Of a stretch of 60,973 nucleotides of DNA, positions 9,914-18,958 are shown piece after piece. The position numbers and the translations under genes were made by a program. The stretch is from an uncultured archaeon. Lineage in GTDB: Archaea; Aenigmatarchaeota; Aenigmatarchaeia; QMZP01. The stretch's first letter is position 1, and every line of letters begins with the position of its first letter. The notes under the pieces are model-generated. The model was given only the letters and a program-made list of their open reading frames with translations, made no database searches and was not told where the DNA came from. The stretch covers positions 1 through 60,973 of the forward strand of contig CAYGVS010000003.1 in assembly GCA_964353635.1 (NCBI GenBank). Direction: 5' to 3'.

Positions 9914-11029
9914 ATGCTCGCAATTCACCGCATCTTCCAGATGATATTCGGGATAATAGTCTCCGTCACCATTCTCTATTTCCTGATTGTCTATTCAGGC
10001 CAGTACAAGCAGAACCAGGAGGACTTTCAGAAGGCGCTGATACTGAAGGCCTTTGCTGATGAGGCGAAGAGCGTCTACCTCACAGGCATATCCACGAACT
10101 TCACCCAGTTCTACAAGTATGACTTCTCCTCATGCTTCATTAAACCCCAGACAAAGTCCCTTCCTGAAATGCAGTGCATGGGGACTGGCATTGCAGACGT
10201 GCCTGTTGACACGCCACTCATCTTCTATCCCGGCAAGCAGGTGTACATAAGCAGGGGCTCCCTGGATTACGGCTGGTGGGTGTACAACTTCGCTGAGGCC
10301 ATGCCCAGCATCACCTTTGTATTCAATCCAGAAGGCTCCCAGGAAGAGAAGGATGTCATAACCAGCATTGTGCAGCTTATACCTGACACCACTGATGACT
10401 GGAGCGTGGTCAAGGTCGGGTTCGCAATATGCGATGGCGGCAGCTTGTCCAACTGTGGGGACCAGCCTTGCAGCAAAGATGATATTCTCTCAATTATCAG
10501 CTCATGGGAAGCTAAAACCAAATGCACAGCGTCCCTGAAGAAGAGCATGAAGCTTGTGACAGTCTCCCGGTCATGCGGGAGCTTCATGCCCCAGAGCGGC
10601 GTTTGCATAGGCTATCCCAACACTTATGGTGTGGGCAATGCCTACATCCAGGGCTCCGGGAAGGAGTATGTATGGAAGGACCCCCTTGACCTTGTGGCCC
10701 TCTCTCTGGGAGGCTCTGAGAAGGATGAGTTCGGGAAGACCGCAGGAGAGAAGCTCTATGAGATCAAGAATTCAGCCCTTATGGCAAGGCTCTCCCTGGC
10801 CGCGGACATCACTTCCAGGAGGATAGAGCTGATCCTGCGCAGCATCAGCCCTGACAATCCTTGTTATGCGTCTTATGTAAGCCTTGTGAACGAGCTTTCA
10901 GGCATTGGTGGGAAGGATTACACAGACCTTTCCCAGATGGATGGGCTAAACCAGCATCTGAACGCTGCAAAAGCATACTTCCAGAGCCTGGAGGAAGCGG
11001 GCTGCGAGAGGAGCATGTATGGAGCGTAA
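9914..11029 (+). CDS. N-terminally anchored pilin-like protein, 371 aa
   Basis: N-terminus MLAIHRIFQMIFGIIVSVTILYFLIVYSG. It starts 8 nt after the previous stop. The globular remainder has several Cys. Confidence 0.5.
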   Translation: MLAIHRIFQMIFGIIVSVTILYFLIVYSGQYKQNQEDFQKALILKAFADEAKSVYLTGISTNFTQFYKYDFSSCFIKPQTKSLPEMQCMGTGIADVPVDTPLIFYPGKQVYISRGSLDYGWWVYNFAEAMPSITFVFNPEGSQEEKDVITSIVQLIPDTTDDWSVVKVGFAICDGGSLSNCGDQPCSKDDILSIISSWEAKTKCTASLKKSMKLVTVSRSCGSFMPQSGVCIGYPNTYGVGNAYIQGSGKEYVWKDPLDLVALSLGGSEKDEFGKTAGEKLYEIKNSALMARLSLAADITSRRIELILRSISPDNPCYASYVSLVNELSGIGGKDYTDLSQMDGLNQHLNAAKAYFQSLEEAGCERSMYGA

Positions 11030-11513
11030 TCCGGCCAGAAAAGGCCAGTCAGAGATAATGGAATACATAGTCATGGTAGTCCTCATAGTGGCAGCAATCA
11101 TAGCCATAATATTATTCCTGAGCTGGTGGAGCATAATGCAGATCGAGATGCAGGGGTCCAAGAACCAGAATGATAAGATTGTCTCTCTTGGCCAGATGAT
11201 AATGGGAGACTACATGCTCATAAACGAGCAGGCAATGCTTGATGACGCCAAGCTCACATCGCTGGTATCAATGAGCTCTGAAGGATGCGAACGGCTCCAG
11301 GCCTTGCTGGGAGCAAACTGGTACGCCAAAATAAAATCCCTTGACATGGAAGGAGATATCCCTTGCACGTGGGGGAATTACCCGGATTGCAACTCCTGGA
11401 CCATATGCGAATACAAAGAGCCTCACATAGCTCAGGTGTTCCCGGTCAATGTCTACAGGAAGCTATCTGACAAGGCCGCCCTGGCTGTGCTCGAGGTGGG
11501 GGTGTACACATGA
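11019..11513 (+). CDS. Pilin-like protein with class III signal peptide
   Basis: N-terminus MERNPARKGQ/SEIMEYIVMVVLIVAAIIAIILFL (KGQ + E at +2/+3, DUF361/EppA-substrate-like pattern). It overlaps the upstream gene by 11 nt. Confidence 0.65.
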   Translation: MERNPARKGQSEIMEYIVMVVLIVAAIIAIILFLSWWSIMQIEMQGSKNQNDKIVSLGQMIMGDYMLINEQAMLDDAKLTSLVSMSSEGCERLQALLGANWYAKIKSLDMEGDIPCTWGNYPDCNSWTICEYKEPHIAQVFPVNVYRKLSDKAALAVLEVGVYT

Positions 11514-12028
11514 ATTCAAAGAAGGCCCAAAGCAGCATGATCCTGATAATAATAGTAATAATGATATTCGTGGCCATGATAGTCTTCCTGCTCAACCTGG
11601 CAGGCTCAGTGAACAGGGAGACCTACACCAACCTCTATGTGAACAACCTTCTCCTGTCCGTTATGAGGACAGACACAGGATACACTGACTCCAAATGCAA
11701 GCTTGTCTCAGACCTTGTATTCTGCGCGTACTTTACGCCGGAGTGGAGGTGTGGGAATGAAAGATGCCTTGACCTGGCGAACGAGACCCTGCACAAATAC
11801 CTGGGGGTCTTCGCCAAACAGACCAACAGCAGCATGAGATACCTTTTCACAGTCACCACGAACACGCTGGCCACCAATGAAGGGGAGCCGATAACCCTTG
11901 AAATGGGTGATGCGTCAATCAAGACAGCCAAGGCCACAAAAAGATACTCTTATCCTCTTGTGCTCACCAAGTCGGACGGCTTCAACCAGCACACCCTGAA
12001 GATACAGCTCGTGGTCGCCAAGAACTAG
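11510..12028 (+). CDS. Pilin-like protein with class III-like signal peptide
   Basis: N-terminus MNSKKAQ/SSMILIIIVIMIFVAMIVFLL. ATGA overlap with the upstream stop. Confidence 0.55.
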   Translation: MNSKKAQSSMILIIIVIMIFVAMIVFLLNLAGSVNRETYTNLYVNNLLLSVMRTDTGYTDSKCKLVSDLVFCAYFTPEWRCGNERCLDLANETLHKYLGVFAKQTNSSMRYLFTVTTNTLATNEGEPITLEMGDASIKTAKATKRYSYPLVLTKSDGFNQHTLKIQLVVAKN

Positions 12029-12095
12029 GCAAGACATTGCTATCTGGAATTTCCGTCACATTATAATATATACCAAGAAAGATAATTAGTTATAT

Positions 12096-13964
12096 ATGGC
12101 TAAAGGCCAGGCTGAGATAGCTGTGATTCTGGGCATCGTGATTGTTGCAGCTGTTGTTGTAATTTATGCCGTCCTACCCATTATCGATTCAGGAATTCCA
12201 GGCCCTATTAGGCTGAAATACAATGCCTTCAAGGCCTCATTTGAAGGCCTTGTGAGGGAGGGCTCCCAGGACGCCTTGACTAAGCTCAGCTCCAATGGCG
12301 GCTATGCTGACAATCTGTCTTTCCAGATGGGCTCTGTGAAGTTCCTTGACAAGGATGTCCCATACTGGCAGCTCAACGGCCAGGTGAAATACCCCGATGT
12401 CAAGTCCAATTTCGATTCTCTGATTAGTTCATACATAACCCAGAACAAGGACAAGCTGCTGCAGGAAACGGGAATGAGCGGGATAGAGCTTGGGAATGCC
12501 CAGGTCTCCACCAAATTCTATGACAGCAAAATAACCGTGACAGTTAACATGCCCACAACGATTGACGACCAGAAGATTAATCCCCCCTACACTTCTTACA
12601 TTTTTGATATCCAGACAAGATTATCCCAGATAAACGACTTCGCCAAGGGCTTCAGCCAATATGAAGTTGCCCAAAGGCCTCTTGAATACTTCACACTATC
12701 CTCCATGGTTCTGAGCCCCATTGAGCAGGACGTGCAGACCGTTCCTGTCACCGTATCCCTCACTCAATGTGGGGAGTATGTCTTCAAGAGCTGGTGGGAT
12801 GTAAGGCCTGAGATGGAGAAAGTCGTGCAGACCACCCTTTCCAATGTGTACATGCCTGGAAAGGCGCCCACGGATTACATGAGAAGCTCCGCTTATCCAA
12901 AATACACTCTCGTCCCCATTAGCGGAAAGAGGTACGAGGACCTTGAGGTGGATTTCTTCACCCCCGATGAGTTCTCACTCTCCCAGCCTGATTTCCAGTT
13001 CACCCCTGACCCCATATCAGCCACTGCGAACTTCATCCCCATGACAGGCCTGTGCCTTTCTGACCCTGTTTATGTCAATTATTACCTTTCTTACCCCGCA
13101 ATCGTGCGGGTAAAGGACACGCTGACACAGAACGTGTTCCAGTTCGCTGTTGATGTTTACATAAGGGATAACCTGCCAGGCCCCTGGGCTAACCAGTCAA
13201 GCTATGAGTCTGATGCCCAGAAGCAGATTTGCTCCAACTACCAGTGCTTTGCGGACCTAAATGTGAAAGACAGCTCAGGCAGGCCTCTTGATTCAGCTGA
13301 GGTCATGTTCATGGGCTGCAGCCTCGGAAGGACAAACTCGCTTGGCAGGCTCATGGCAGCAGCCCCATGCGGCATAGGACCTTTGCAGATATACAAAGCT
13401 GGGTACAGCTTCCAGCCAGTGATGCAGAGCTCTGACAAACTAGTCGGGTTGGCTCTCACCCTTACAAAGACTCCTGTAGTCAGGCTGCACTTCTATGAAG
13501 CGATAGTGCAGAATCTGACTGGGCAATACAGCATAAACAAGGCTGACATCAGCCCGCTGGCAGAGAACCACAGGATTTACATGAAGCTGTATGACATGAA
13601 AGCGAACCAGCTGTATGAGAGGGGATTCAGCACAGCAGGAAGCCTTCTTAACAATATGCCTGCCAGCGATTACATAATCGCCGCTAGCCTTTACTCTGTC
13701 GACAAGGACATCCAAGGCATAAACAGGGTGACCGAACTCGGGAGCATACTGCTCAATTACACGCTGTCTGAGGGGTTGGACGGCAAGGACCTTTACGTCT
13801 ATTTCCCCAGCACCATACAATACAGCCAGATAACAGACTCAACACAAAAGGCCGCATCCGGCCTCATGTTATCAAGCCTCCTGTACCATTGCGGCCTGGG
13901 ACCGATAACCAAAAACAGCACGCCGGGCTTCACCGTTTGCATAAAGGGATATGATGAAATATAA
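12096..13964 (+). CDS. Large (622 aa) pilin-like protein with class III signal peptide
   Basis: N-terminus MAKGQ/AEIAVILGIVIVAAVVVIYAV. An AT-rich attataatatata box lies ~35 nt upstream. The 3' end overlaps the next gene by 14 nt. Confidence 0.65.
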   Translation: MAKGQAEIAVILGIVIVAAVVVIYAVLPIIDSGIPGPIRLKYNAFKASFEGLVREGSQDALTKLSSNGGYADNLSFQMGSVKFLDKDVPYWQLNGQVKYPDVKSNFDSLISSYITQNKDKLLQETGMSGIELGNAQVSTKFYDSKITVTVNMPTTIDDQKINPPYTSYIFDIQTRLSQINDFAKGFSQYEVAQRPLEYFTLSSMVLSPIEQDVQTVPVTVSLTQCGEYVFKSWWDVRPEMEKVVQTTLSNVYMPGKAPTDYMRSSAYPKYTLVPISGKRYEDLEVDFFTPDEFSLSQPDFQFTPDPISATANFIPMTGLCLSDPVYVNYYLSYPAIVRVKDTLTQNVFQFAVDVYIRDNLPGPWANQSSYESDAQKQICSNYQCFADLNVKDSSGRPLDSAEVMFMGCSLGRTNSLGRLMAAAPCGIGPLQIYKAGYSFQPVMQSSDKLVGLALTLTKTPVVRLHFYEAIVQNLTGQYSINKADISPLAENHRIYMKLYDMKANQLYERGFSTAGSLLNNMPASDYIIAASLYSVDKDIQGINRVTELGSILLNYTLSEGLDGKDLYVYFPSTIQYSQITDSTQKAASGLMLSSLLYHCGLGPITKNSTPGFTVCIKGYDEI

Positions 13965-16900
13965 GGTAATAGCTCTGGAATCGCTTGCGATATTCGTGTC
14001 ATACCTAGTGTTCTCCCTCACCCTGGTCTCGGCGACCAATGTCAACATAATCTTCAACAACCAGGTGCAGGGCACTGCAACATATTCCCAGGAGGACCAT
14101 GTGAACATGAAGATATCCCCGAAGCATGAGGCCTCTGACATAACATGGACCAATGTGAAGCTTACGGTCAATGTGAACAGCGCAAGCCTGGGGCATAGCA
14201 TAACGAAGATATTCCTCTACAAGTGCCTTTCCCAGACCCCGACTGAATGCGCGCGCACCACCCCGGAGGTCTTTGACAATTATATTGATACAGATCTTCT
14301 CTGGAAGGACATTTCCCAGAAGACCGGCACAAGCCAGTATCCCCAGGCAGGCAATCTGCTCTTCATTGTGAAGCTCGAGGACCAGAACGGGAAGGAGAAC
14401 TGGGTCGGGTTCTTCACCCAGACCAAGAGGATGTCATACAACACTTTCGACACCCAGCAGCTTAGCATTAACAGCATAGAGGTCTATGCTAAATCCCTTA
14501 ATCTTGTGGAGCCCATAAAAGCATACATTGAGAACAAGCTCATGATCCCATTCAAGTGGGCCACCAAAGTCGCATTCACCGACTCCACCCAGCTTTATGC
14601 AATGGGGGGAAGCGCCTCTGAGATGGACTCGCACAACCTCCAGACTGCCATCGTATCCTCATCAGAGATTGCGTCCTTAAACAAGGAGTTCTATTTTGTC
14701 TCGCCCAAGACAAGCTCAGGCATAGCGAACCCCATTCTGCTTAACCTCAACCCTTCATTCGCCTGCGGGGACAACAAATGCGAGTCAGATATAGGGGAAA
14801 GCTCTGACTCCTGCTGCCTTGACTGCGGATGCGGCATAGGGCAGTACTGTGATGTGCCGGCAGACGCCAACCTCAGCCAATGCAGGAGCGGAACGCCAGG
14901 GATTTCAGTCATCTCCGCCTCCTCCGCGCTCATATCCGACTGCTCAAGGGGCTTCACTGGCAACATCTCATTAAGGGTCAGCAACCCGCCATCCAGCATT
15001 ACTTACCCTGTGACAGGCACTGTCACGCTTAACGGCACTGTCTACAGCGTCTCCTGCTCTGGGGTTGCCGCAGCGCTTGAGTGCTCGATGCCCATCACAT
15101 CAGGTATAAAATGCGGAGAGGGCTCTTATGTCATTGGCCCAGGCCACATCAACCTCACAATAAACTACAAGGATGGCAAGGGCTCCGCAAGCAAGGCCCT
15201 GAGCACAGCCTTCTCAGGGGTTTCCGTGAGCTATGACTGCGGATGTAGTGAGGGCAACTATTGCGACACTACAAAGAAGAGCTGCCAGTCAGAGTCCGCC
15301 ATCACCCTGGGCATAACCAATCTCACATCCTACCTTGACAATTACCATTCTGGAGATAGGTTATACCTGAAGGCAAAGATATTCAACCCTCCCGAAGGCC
15401 TTGTCCTGGTTGACAAGAGCGCCACAATGAATTTGACTAATGGCCAGGTTTCCCCAGGCACGCCTGACTGCTCAGCACCGAATTCCCAGTTCGAGTACAG
15501 CTGTTCAATCCCGTTCCAGATATCAAGTTACAGCAATGAAAAGGCATATACCTTCTCACCAAATAACCTCTACTTCACAATAACTTACAATGACGGTCCT
15601 CTTGCCAAGACCAAGACCATCTCTGCGCCTTTCGGCCCGGTAAGCATACCCTCTCAGGCATGTGGGGATTCAAGCTGTAATATGGGCGAGTCGCAGTCCA
15701 CATGCTGCCTTGACTGCGGATGTGGAGACAACACAGACCTTTACTGCGATAAGGTTTCTGGATGCCAGAGCCTTAATTCCATCGGGATCTCAATAAGCTC
15801 CCTTTACCCAACCAACTTCACTGACTGTAGGGAGGCCCATGATGCGAACTTGGAGATAGCTGTCAACAATGCCCCAACCGATATGACACTTACCTACTTC
15901 ACATACATGCAGGGAGGCCTTGTCAAAGGCTGGAACCTGGCGTGCGACAAGTCCAGCGTGAACATGCTAAAATGCACCCTGGCCATCCCTGCTCTGGAAA
16001 GCGAAGGCTGCTCCCTTCCCTACAAGGTGATAGGCCCCAATTCATTAAACATAACCATCTCCTTCTACAATGGGAAGAGCAAGCAGGTGACAAAGCAGCT
16101 CTCCACCGCCTTTGGCAATATCATAATCACTCCTGTGTACCACTGTGGAGACGGGACCTGCGAATCCGATCTTGGGGAGAGCGCATCCAACTGCTGCTAC
16201 GACTGCAGCTGCGCCTCTTCCTCTTCCTTCACTAACCATTACTGCGACTACGACATGACAACCAAGCTTGGCGGCTGCATTCCGAAATCCAACATCAAGC
16301 TCATCGTAGACTCCCCCAAGGCCCCAGTCCTCTTGCAAAGCTGCGAGCTCACCAACTCGGTCAACATAAAGGCCCACATAGAGGGCCAGCCCAAGGACAT
16401 GCGGCCTCAGTCCTACTATGCTACACTTAACGGCTCTGCCACTCAATACATATCCTGCAGTCCGGAGCAGGCTTTCTACGGGGCAAACTACACCTTCAAC
16501 TGCACGCTTCTCATCCCCAGGATCAGCAGTTGTCATATAGGCAACACTTACGACTATGAGCCTAACAATTTCTCCATGCTCATAACCTTCAGCAACGCAG
16601 CCGGAGCGAACAGTGTGGAGACCCGCACCCTCACAGGCTCCATCCCTCAAATCCAAATCTACCAGAACATACGCACGCTGTATGACATCATGCAGGATGC
16701 AAGATCCAGAGCCACCCAAAGGATAATGGACCTCAAGAATGTGATAAAGGATCTTATGGATTCCATCAAGGACTGCTATGAAAAGGTAAAGATGATAATG
16801 TACATGACTTTCATCACAGCCATCTTGGTGGGTTACAAGAGTTACCAGGATACACCCGCTCCAACCAATACACCTGGTAGCACTTCCGGTTCGATTAATG

Positions 16901-18543
16901 TCTTTATGAGCGGGCAGAGAGGTAAGGTCACAGCAGCCGCCCAGGACTCTGCATTAACCCTTGCCGCAGGCTCCAGCTTCGCCCAGGCTTGGGCCAAGTT
17001 CTGCGAGTTCCTGCAGACAGAATACCAGATGGCCATCAAGTCGCTTGAAATCGAGCAGAAGCTTGACTCGATGCAAACCTGCTTCGAGGTGCAGCAGCAC
17101 GAGATGGACATAGGCCACTGCGACAAGCAGGAGCAGACATGCTTCACCAGCATGGTGAACTGCATCAACTTCAATGCGATAAGCAGCATAGCCAATGACT
17201 ACAAGACCATCGCATCAGCTGGCTCCACTGTCCTAGGCCAGATGAGCTCGGCCTTCAATCAAGGCGCTACCTATGCGGGCCAGATAGGGGGGAGTACAAT
17301 TACTGGGGCTTATGGAAGCCTTCAGGTGGCATGCAATGGAATGACATCAAGTGAATGCTGTGGAGGCTATAAAGAATCTGTACAGTCGGGTGGCACTGTG
17401 ACATATCCATGCAGATATTCATCTGTCAGATTATCCATTAGTTCGTCGGGTTCCTCCACATCTTGTCCATCATACATAATTTTAGACACTACAAAAGCTG
17501 GAACCAACATAGTTTCGAATTCACAGACAATTTCTGGCAACATGTTCCTGGACGACTGCCACACATATTCATTATATTGTGATTTAAATAGAAACGGAAT
17601 TAAAGATGGAACAGATGCTTTTGTGGGAAGCGTACAAATGACTTTCATGAAAGTCGACCTAACAACTTGCACATGTACAAAACAACCCATAGAATGCGTT
17701 TCTAGCACAGGCCTGACAGCTAACGGAGCCATAATGGGTTGCTGCAACACCAGCAAAACTGAAACGAAATGCGAAAGCGCATCGCAAGTGGCTTGCGTGG
17801 GCCCGAACCCGACGACCGTTTCTTCAATCTCGTCGATTTTCTCCCCTTCGACCAACCAAGGGATTGGTATTTTATGGGAAGGGGGTAAAGAGTGCAGCAA
17901 TAATGTTTGCGTAACGAAAACGACAACCGCGACAACTACTCCTACGGCTGCAACAGGTTGTTGTATTGGTTATTCTGACGAAGTAACAATTAAAGGATGT
18001 ACAGAAGCACTAGATAAATCTTCTTGTGAAGTGCTTGGAGGGAGCTATAAAGGCGGCAATTCGAAATGCACTGACAGTGCATACCAATCTGATTATCAAT
18101 CTATATGTAAAGGAGTGACATCAACACCGTCAATAACATCCACATCTCCAAAAGCACAAATGGATTTGACTGTAGGTGGAGTAAAGGTTACTAGCGCTAC
18201 TCAAAACTTTGCTAGTGGGCAGAAACTTAATTTTGTATGCAATGCTTTGCCATCAACATCTGGCGATAAATACATGCTGAGGCTTACTGTAAAAACTAAA
18301 CTTATAAATGCCAATGATTATGATAGTCCTCTATATGATAATAGCAAAGAGTATACTCCCAATAAAGATGCAACTCCTCAGTTGATGTATAACTATAATG
18401 ATGTTAATTTCGATTGCAATTTTGGAACGCGAATGGTGGTGGGGGATTGCTCCATATATAAGATTCCTTCTGCAACTGTTACTGCATCTACTATAGAAAA
18501 CACTGATACAAAACAACTGACGTGTGTGGGATCAAATTTCTAA
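13951..18543 (+). CDS. 1530-aa cysteine-rich surface protein (putative adhesin) co-oriented with the pilin-like operon
   Basis: Signal-like N-terminus ...LAIFVSYLVFSLTLVSA. Three copies of CGDxxC-x(4-5)-GES-x(3-4)-CC-x-DC-x-C at nt 14761-14835, 15658-15727 and 16141-16212. Internal hydrophobic helix MIMYMTFITAILVGY. The C-terminal third is Cys/Thr-rich. Confidence 0.8.
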   Translation: MMKYKVIALESLAIFVSYLVFSLTLVSATNVNIIFNNQVQGTATYSQEDHVNMKISPKHEASDITWTNVKLTVNVNSASLGHSITKIFLYKCLSQTPTECARTTPEVFDNYIDTDLLWKDISQKTGTSQYPQAGNLLFIVKLEDQNGKENWVGFFTQTKRMSYNTFDTQQLSINSIEVYAKSLNLVEPIKAYIENKLMIPFKWATKVAFTDSTQLYAMGGSASEMDSHNLQTAIVSSSEIASLNKEFYFVSPKTSSGIANPILLNLNPSFACGDNKCESDIGESSDSCCLDCGCGIGQYCDVPADANLSQCRSGTPGISVISASSALISDCSRGFTGNISLRVSNPPSSITYPVTGTVTLNGTVYSVSCSGVAAALECSMPITSGIKCGEGSYVIGPGHINLTINYKDGKGSASKALSTAFSGVSVSYDCGCSEGNYCDTTKKSCQSESAITLGITNLTSYLDNYHSGDRLYLKAKIFNPPEGLVLVDKSATMNLTNGQVSPGTPDCSAPNSQFEYSCSIPFQISSYSNEKAYTFSPNNLYFTITYNDGPLAKTKTISAPFGPVSIPSQACGDSSCNMGESQSTCCLDCGCGDNTDLYCDKVSGCQSLNSIGISISSLYPTNFTDCREAHDANLEIAVNNAPTDMTLTYFTYMQGGLVKGWNLACDKSSVNMLKCTLAIPALESEGCSLPYKVIGPNSLNITISFYNGKSKQVTKQLSTAFGNIIITPVYHCGDGTCESDLGESASNCCYDCSCASSSSFTNHYCDYDMTTKLGGCIPKSNIKLIVDSPKAPVLLQSCELTNSVNIKAHIEGQPKDMRPQSYYATLNGSATQYISCSPEQAFYGANYTFNCTLLIPRISSCHIGNTYDYEPNNFSMLITFSNAAGANSVETRTLTGSIPQIQIYQNIRTLYDIMQDARSRATQRIMDLKNVIKDLMDSIKDCYEKVKMIMYMTFITAILVGYKSYQDTPAPTNTPGSTSGSINVFMSGQRGKVTAAAQDSALTLAAGSSFAQAWAKFCEFLQTEYQMAIKSLEIEQKLDSMQTCFEVQQHEMDIGHCDKQEQTCFTSMVNCINFNAISSIANDYKTIASAGSTVLGQMSSAFNQGATYAGQIGGSTITGAYGSLQVACNGMTSSECCGGYKESVQSGGTVTYPCRYSSVRLSISSSGSSTSCPSYIILDTTKAGTNIVSNSQTISGNMFLDDCHTYSLYCDLNRNGIKDGTDAFVGSVQMTFMKVDLTTCTCTKQPIECVSSTGLTANGAIMGCCNTSKTETKCESASQVACVGPNPTTVSSISSIFSPSTNQGIGILWEGGKECSNNVCVTKTTTATTTPTAATGCCIGYSDEVTIKGCTEALDKSSCEVLGGSYKGGNSKCTDSAYQSDYQSICKGVTSTPSITSTSPKAQMDLTVGGVKVTSATQNFASGQKLNFVCNALPSTSGDKYMLRLTVKTKLINANDYDSPLYDNSKEYTPNKDATPQLMYNYNDVNFDCNFGTRMVVGDCSIYKIPSATVTASTIENTDTKQLTCVGSNF

Positions 18544-18569
18544 GGGATAAAGGTTTATGCAGACAATCA

Positions 18570-18791
18570 CAATAATTAATATATGAAATCCGTTTTGCTT
18601 GGTTTTGCCCTGGCGCTTTTGGTTGTTTCAGGAAGCGCGCAGGCGCTCAAACTCACCGACGGCCTCTACTTCACAGTGCTTCCCAACTCTACAGCTGAGG
18701 TGTATTTCATACTTCCTGATGATGTGGGTGCTGGGATGGGGAAGGCTGATTATTTCATTACCGCAACCGCTATTCCGGACTGGGACAGGGA
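18570..18791 (+). repeat. Direct repeat copy A (diverged duplicate of the 19857-20078 region)
   Basis: Hand alignment at a constant offset of 1287 nt covers 13 nt upstream of the ATG plus the first ~69 codons. Roughly 18 mismatches in 222 nt. Confidence 0.85.
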
Positions 18792-18864
18792 TATGAGCAA
18801 TTGCCCTGGCGCGCTTGCAGGCGAACTATCCAAAAAGGCCTTGCTGATTAGAATGTTACGCTAA
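18583..18864 (+). pseudogene. Truncated 5' remnant of a paralog of the 19870-21288 surface-protein gene
   Basis: The first ~69 aa (MKSVLLGF.LALL.VSGSA.ALKLTDGLYFTVLPNSTAEVYFILPDDVG.GMGKADYFIT.TAIPDWDRD) match the 472-aa gene. The reading frame then runs into unrelated sequence and stops after 24 codons. Confidence 0.7.
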
Positions 18865-18875
18865 AACGTAACATT
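18852..18875 (+). terminator. 9-bp stem hairpin at the end of the gene remnant
   Basis: aatgttacg-ctaaaa-cgtaacatt is a perfect inverted repeat. The stop codon lies in the loop and an AT-rich run follows. Function as a terminator is an inference. Confidence 0.3.
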
Positions 18876-18905
18876 TATATAGTATTTGTCACGAAGCTTT
18901 TGTTT

Positions 18906-18958
18906 TGTAAATAATTTACATTAAAGTATTTATAGGACTTCAGTGTAAATAATTTACA
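18906..18958 (+). promoter_or_regulatory. Twin palindromic operator-like sites flanking a TATA-like box, at the HEPN gene start
   Basis: tgtaaatNatttaca occurs exactly twice (18906-18920 and 18944-18958). tatttata lies between them. The second palindrome abuts or overlaps the ATG at 18958. Confidence 0.45.

Noticed and set aside
18583-18864. The 93-aa ORF as a genuine small secreted protein
   Set aside because: Its first ~69 codons are a ~90% copy of the neighbouring 472-aa gene, and the remainder is out-of-context read-through ending in a hairpin. It is better explained as a duplication remnant, although expression cannot be excluded.
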